Shown here: in pieces, positions 35,100 to 37,601 of the stretch
Position numbering within the stretch: position 1 is the first letter of the stretch
Layout of the letters: the number at the start of each line of letters is the position of its first letter
NCBI RefSeq assembly: GCF_001194135.2
Contig: NC_068996.1
Location: 35,381,964 to 35,419,564 of the forward strand
DNA from: Octopus bimaculoides
Lineage: Eukaryota
Reading direction: 5' to 3'
Length of the DNA: 37,601 nt
Notes under the pieces: model-generated
Seen by the model: the letters and a program-made list of their open reading frames with translations, nothing else
The model's database searches: none
Told to the model about the DNA's origin: nothing
Made by a program: the position numbers and the translations under genes

Positions 35100-36005
35100 A
35101 ACTTAACACTACCTGGAAACTCTGTAACTGAGATGTTATCATTATCAAACTGAATGACATCATAATGGTTTGCTGGACCAATATTTTCAAGTAAGAAGCA
35201 CTCCATCAACCCACCAACCCTCTCTTCTACAACAAGCTTCCTAAGGATATTTTGTTGGCACTCCGTCGCTTACGACGTCGAGGGTTCCAGTTGATCCGAT
35301 CAACGGAACACTCTGCTCGTGAAATAAACGTGCAAGTGGCTGAGCACTCCACAGACACGTGTACCCTTAACGTAGTTCTCGGGGATATTCAGCGTGACAC
35401 AGTGTGACAAGGCTGACCCTTTGAATTACAGGCACAACAGAAACAGGAAAGAAGAGTGAGAGAAAGTTGTGGTGAAAGATTACAGCAGAGTTCGCCACCA
35501 TCCCCTGCCGGAGCCTCGTGGAGCTTTTAGGTGTTTTCGCTCAATAAACACTCACAACGCCCGGTCTGGGAATCGAAACCGCGATCCTATGACTGCGAGT
35601 CCGCTATTGCGCCTCCACTAAGGATATTAACAGCCACGATCAGAAGCAAGCTCCAGAACCATACATAAACAAATTACTTCCTCTCCAAAATCTACAATCC
35701 TGCCACCCTCTTATGTCCACTTGTAACTGTCCCACTGAACGTCTCTCATGGTACCTCAACAAATGCTATCGTTACTCATCTCTGCCTTACTAACACACAT
35801 TAAGGACAGCAACCATACTCTAAACATCTTCGGCTTACGGTTTTTTCCCCACAAATTCCAAACTTACATTCACTATGAACATTAAATCACACCCTCATGG
35901 CACTGCCTCACAGTAACAGACTGTCTTTAAGCTTCAATACAAACCCTCCTCTACTATTCTAACTTCATCTTCACATTCAATTGCTTCACTTTTTCAAGTG
36001 AAACT
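35100..36005 (+). pseudogene. Penelope-like (Neptune-type) reverse transcriptase remnant, interrupted by a SINE
   Basis: Read across frameshifts: DVIIIK...VCWTNIFK*EALHQ, YFLSKIYNP, STCNCPTERLSWYLN, THIKDSNHTLNIF, KLTFTMNIKS and FTFNCFTFSSET, colinear with Penelope RT motifs. Confidence 0.75.
35252..35617 (-). mobile_element. Near full-length SINE family B with 11-bp TSD
   Basis: The minus strand gives head TGGAGGCGCAATAG...GGTTTCGATTCCCAG and tail ...GTAAGCGACGGAGTGCCAAC. TSD CTAAGGATATT at 35241-35251 and 35618-35628. Confidence 0.92.
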
Positions 36006-36099
36006 TAAGAAATGAGGCAATAGAGTTGCTATCAGTACCAGGAAGGAACCAAATTATGCAAGTATCTTTGCAAGTCACATTGAGGCATAATCTGTGTGC

Positions 36100-36184
<85 letters not shown>

Positions 36185-36498
36185 GATTCCAGCTATTCAT
36201 GTGTGTGGATAATATTATTGACAAAATTCTTGCTGCCGGCCAGCAAGGAAATAAAATAAGCACTCTCTGCCTTAACCTTATCAATATTCCTTCCCTTCCT
36301 TCTCATTCTAATCCTTTCCTTCTTGTGTCATTCTTATTTTCTCTCTACTTCCAAATTCTCCTCCTCTCTTACTCTCTCCTATAACTCTTCTCTTTCCCTC
36401 TCTCTCTCTCTCTTGCCACTTTCCTCCTCTGCGTGCAGAACAACTAATTTTCAGCTATTTCCCAGTTCTTCCCCCTCTATATTGATACTCTCATGGAT

Positions 36499-36756
36499 TT
36501 AGGACAAACAAAAACTTTCCTTACACTCTGTTGGTGAAAGTGACTGTCTTTTCATTTTGGCTGCTTTAACCCTGTTAGGATTTGGGTCGTGGCTATGCTT
36601 TAGCTCCCGGTCTGTATGAACAGAACCTTTACAAGAAAATGCTTTTCTCTGAGAACATTCCCAACGTATTCGTGTACTATTTGAGCTCTTTTTGATGTAT
36701 AAGTAGCCTTGTACAGACAATTTAGAACCTCCTTTATTGTTCTTGATGATCTCCAT
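36499..36756 (-). pseudogene. FLYWCH zinc-finger fragment, probably a MULE transposase N-terminus
   Basis: MEIIKNNKGGSKLSVQGYLYIKK...IRWECSQRKAFSCKG...HSHDP fits the FLYWCH pattern. No downstream DDE domain is visible. Confidence 0.75.
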
Positions 36757-37601
36757 AGTGGTTGAAGATAGACCGATTTTTCAGAACACTCAGAGAAGAA
36801 CCAGTTTTGGTAAAAGCCTATTTGAGTGTGTAATTGAAAAATAGAGTACATTGTGCAAAAAAGAACTGGGTAAGTTTGCGACTTCTGGCAAACAAAACTT
36901 TTAATCTGTTCATACGCAAAAAAAATACTGTTGATCACGTGGGTAATATTCTATCGAATCGTGACATCTGTTTGTAACGACATAATTTGAAAAGAAGTTG
37001 AAATGTCTCATTAAGAAACATCGGATGTAGTTTGTTTTATTCACAGAATCTGCATTTTTTAAAAGGAAGTAAAATATCTGAAAATCGGTTATATCGATGA
37101 AGATTTCCAGCTTATTCCTGTGAAGAAAAAATTTGACGGAAAAGTTAGACGCTTAAAAATCGAAAAAACTGTGTATTTTTAGCCAATAATGAGACAGCAA
37201 TTTTCTGCATTATAAAGTTGTCAACTTAGCGGTATCAACTTTAAGGTTGTACCCTATGAAATTTATAGTTTAGCGTCTGTTCGTTGTAGGATTTTAAATA
37301 AAGGATCCATTTCTTTTGTCTCTTCATTGTTTTCTAAAGTGTTTTGTATGTTTCTATTATTTTTTTTAATTTGTTATATTTATATATTTGTCTGTATGTG
37401 TTTGTTCCGAATGTAGGACAAAATGGCTGCAGTCAAATGACTGAAACAAGTAAAAAGATTTTTAGAAAATAGAAACGAACGAAGAATAATTAAAAAAATA
37501 TAACTGAGATTTGGATGTTATTTCTAGCATGTGTAGAGACCTTCTAGGTTTAACTTCATGCGCTGGTTGAAAATCATCTAAAAAAATTCTGGTGTCGATA
37601 C

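Noticed and set aside
37020-37250. Possible Kolobok-like end at TTAA
   Set aside because: Only one putative terminus, with no partner TIR or coding remnant.

Overview
This is AT-rich eukaryotic DNA with dense microsatellites and nine N-gaps. The SINE families and repeat landscape suggest an octopus or other coleoid cephalopod genome (inference). No intact host gene is recognisable, and the long ORFs in the track are artefacts of N-gaps or simple repeats. The window is mostly decayed mobile DNA. DNA transposons: a near full-length Tigger/pogo (1.4-3.4 kb), Tc1, hAT and mariner remnants, a Merlin (IS1595/ISXO2-like) element with ~80-bp TIRs (32.6-34.1 kb), a FLYWCH/MULE fragment, Helentron-associated elements and small hairpin MITEs. 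Retroelements: Penelope-like RT remnants, at least four tRNA-derived SINE families and several Gypsy-type LTRs. The most structured object is a nested stack at 19.1-22.2 kb. A SINE is split by a TIR element, which contains a Gypsy provirus (TSD CATC). The 5' half of that provirus was rearranged by an inversion plus inverted duplication with an 8-bp microhomology junction, flipping its tRNA-Trp PBS array and capturing the LTR of a second Gypsy family. I found no convincing new biological system; the findings are unusual TE architectures and possible dsRNA substrates.
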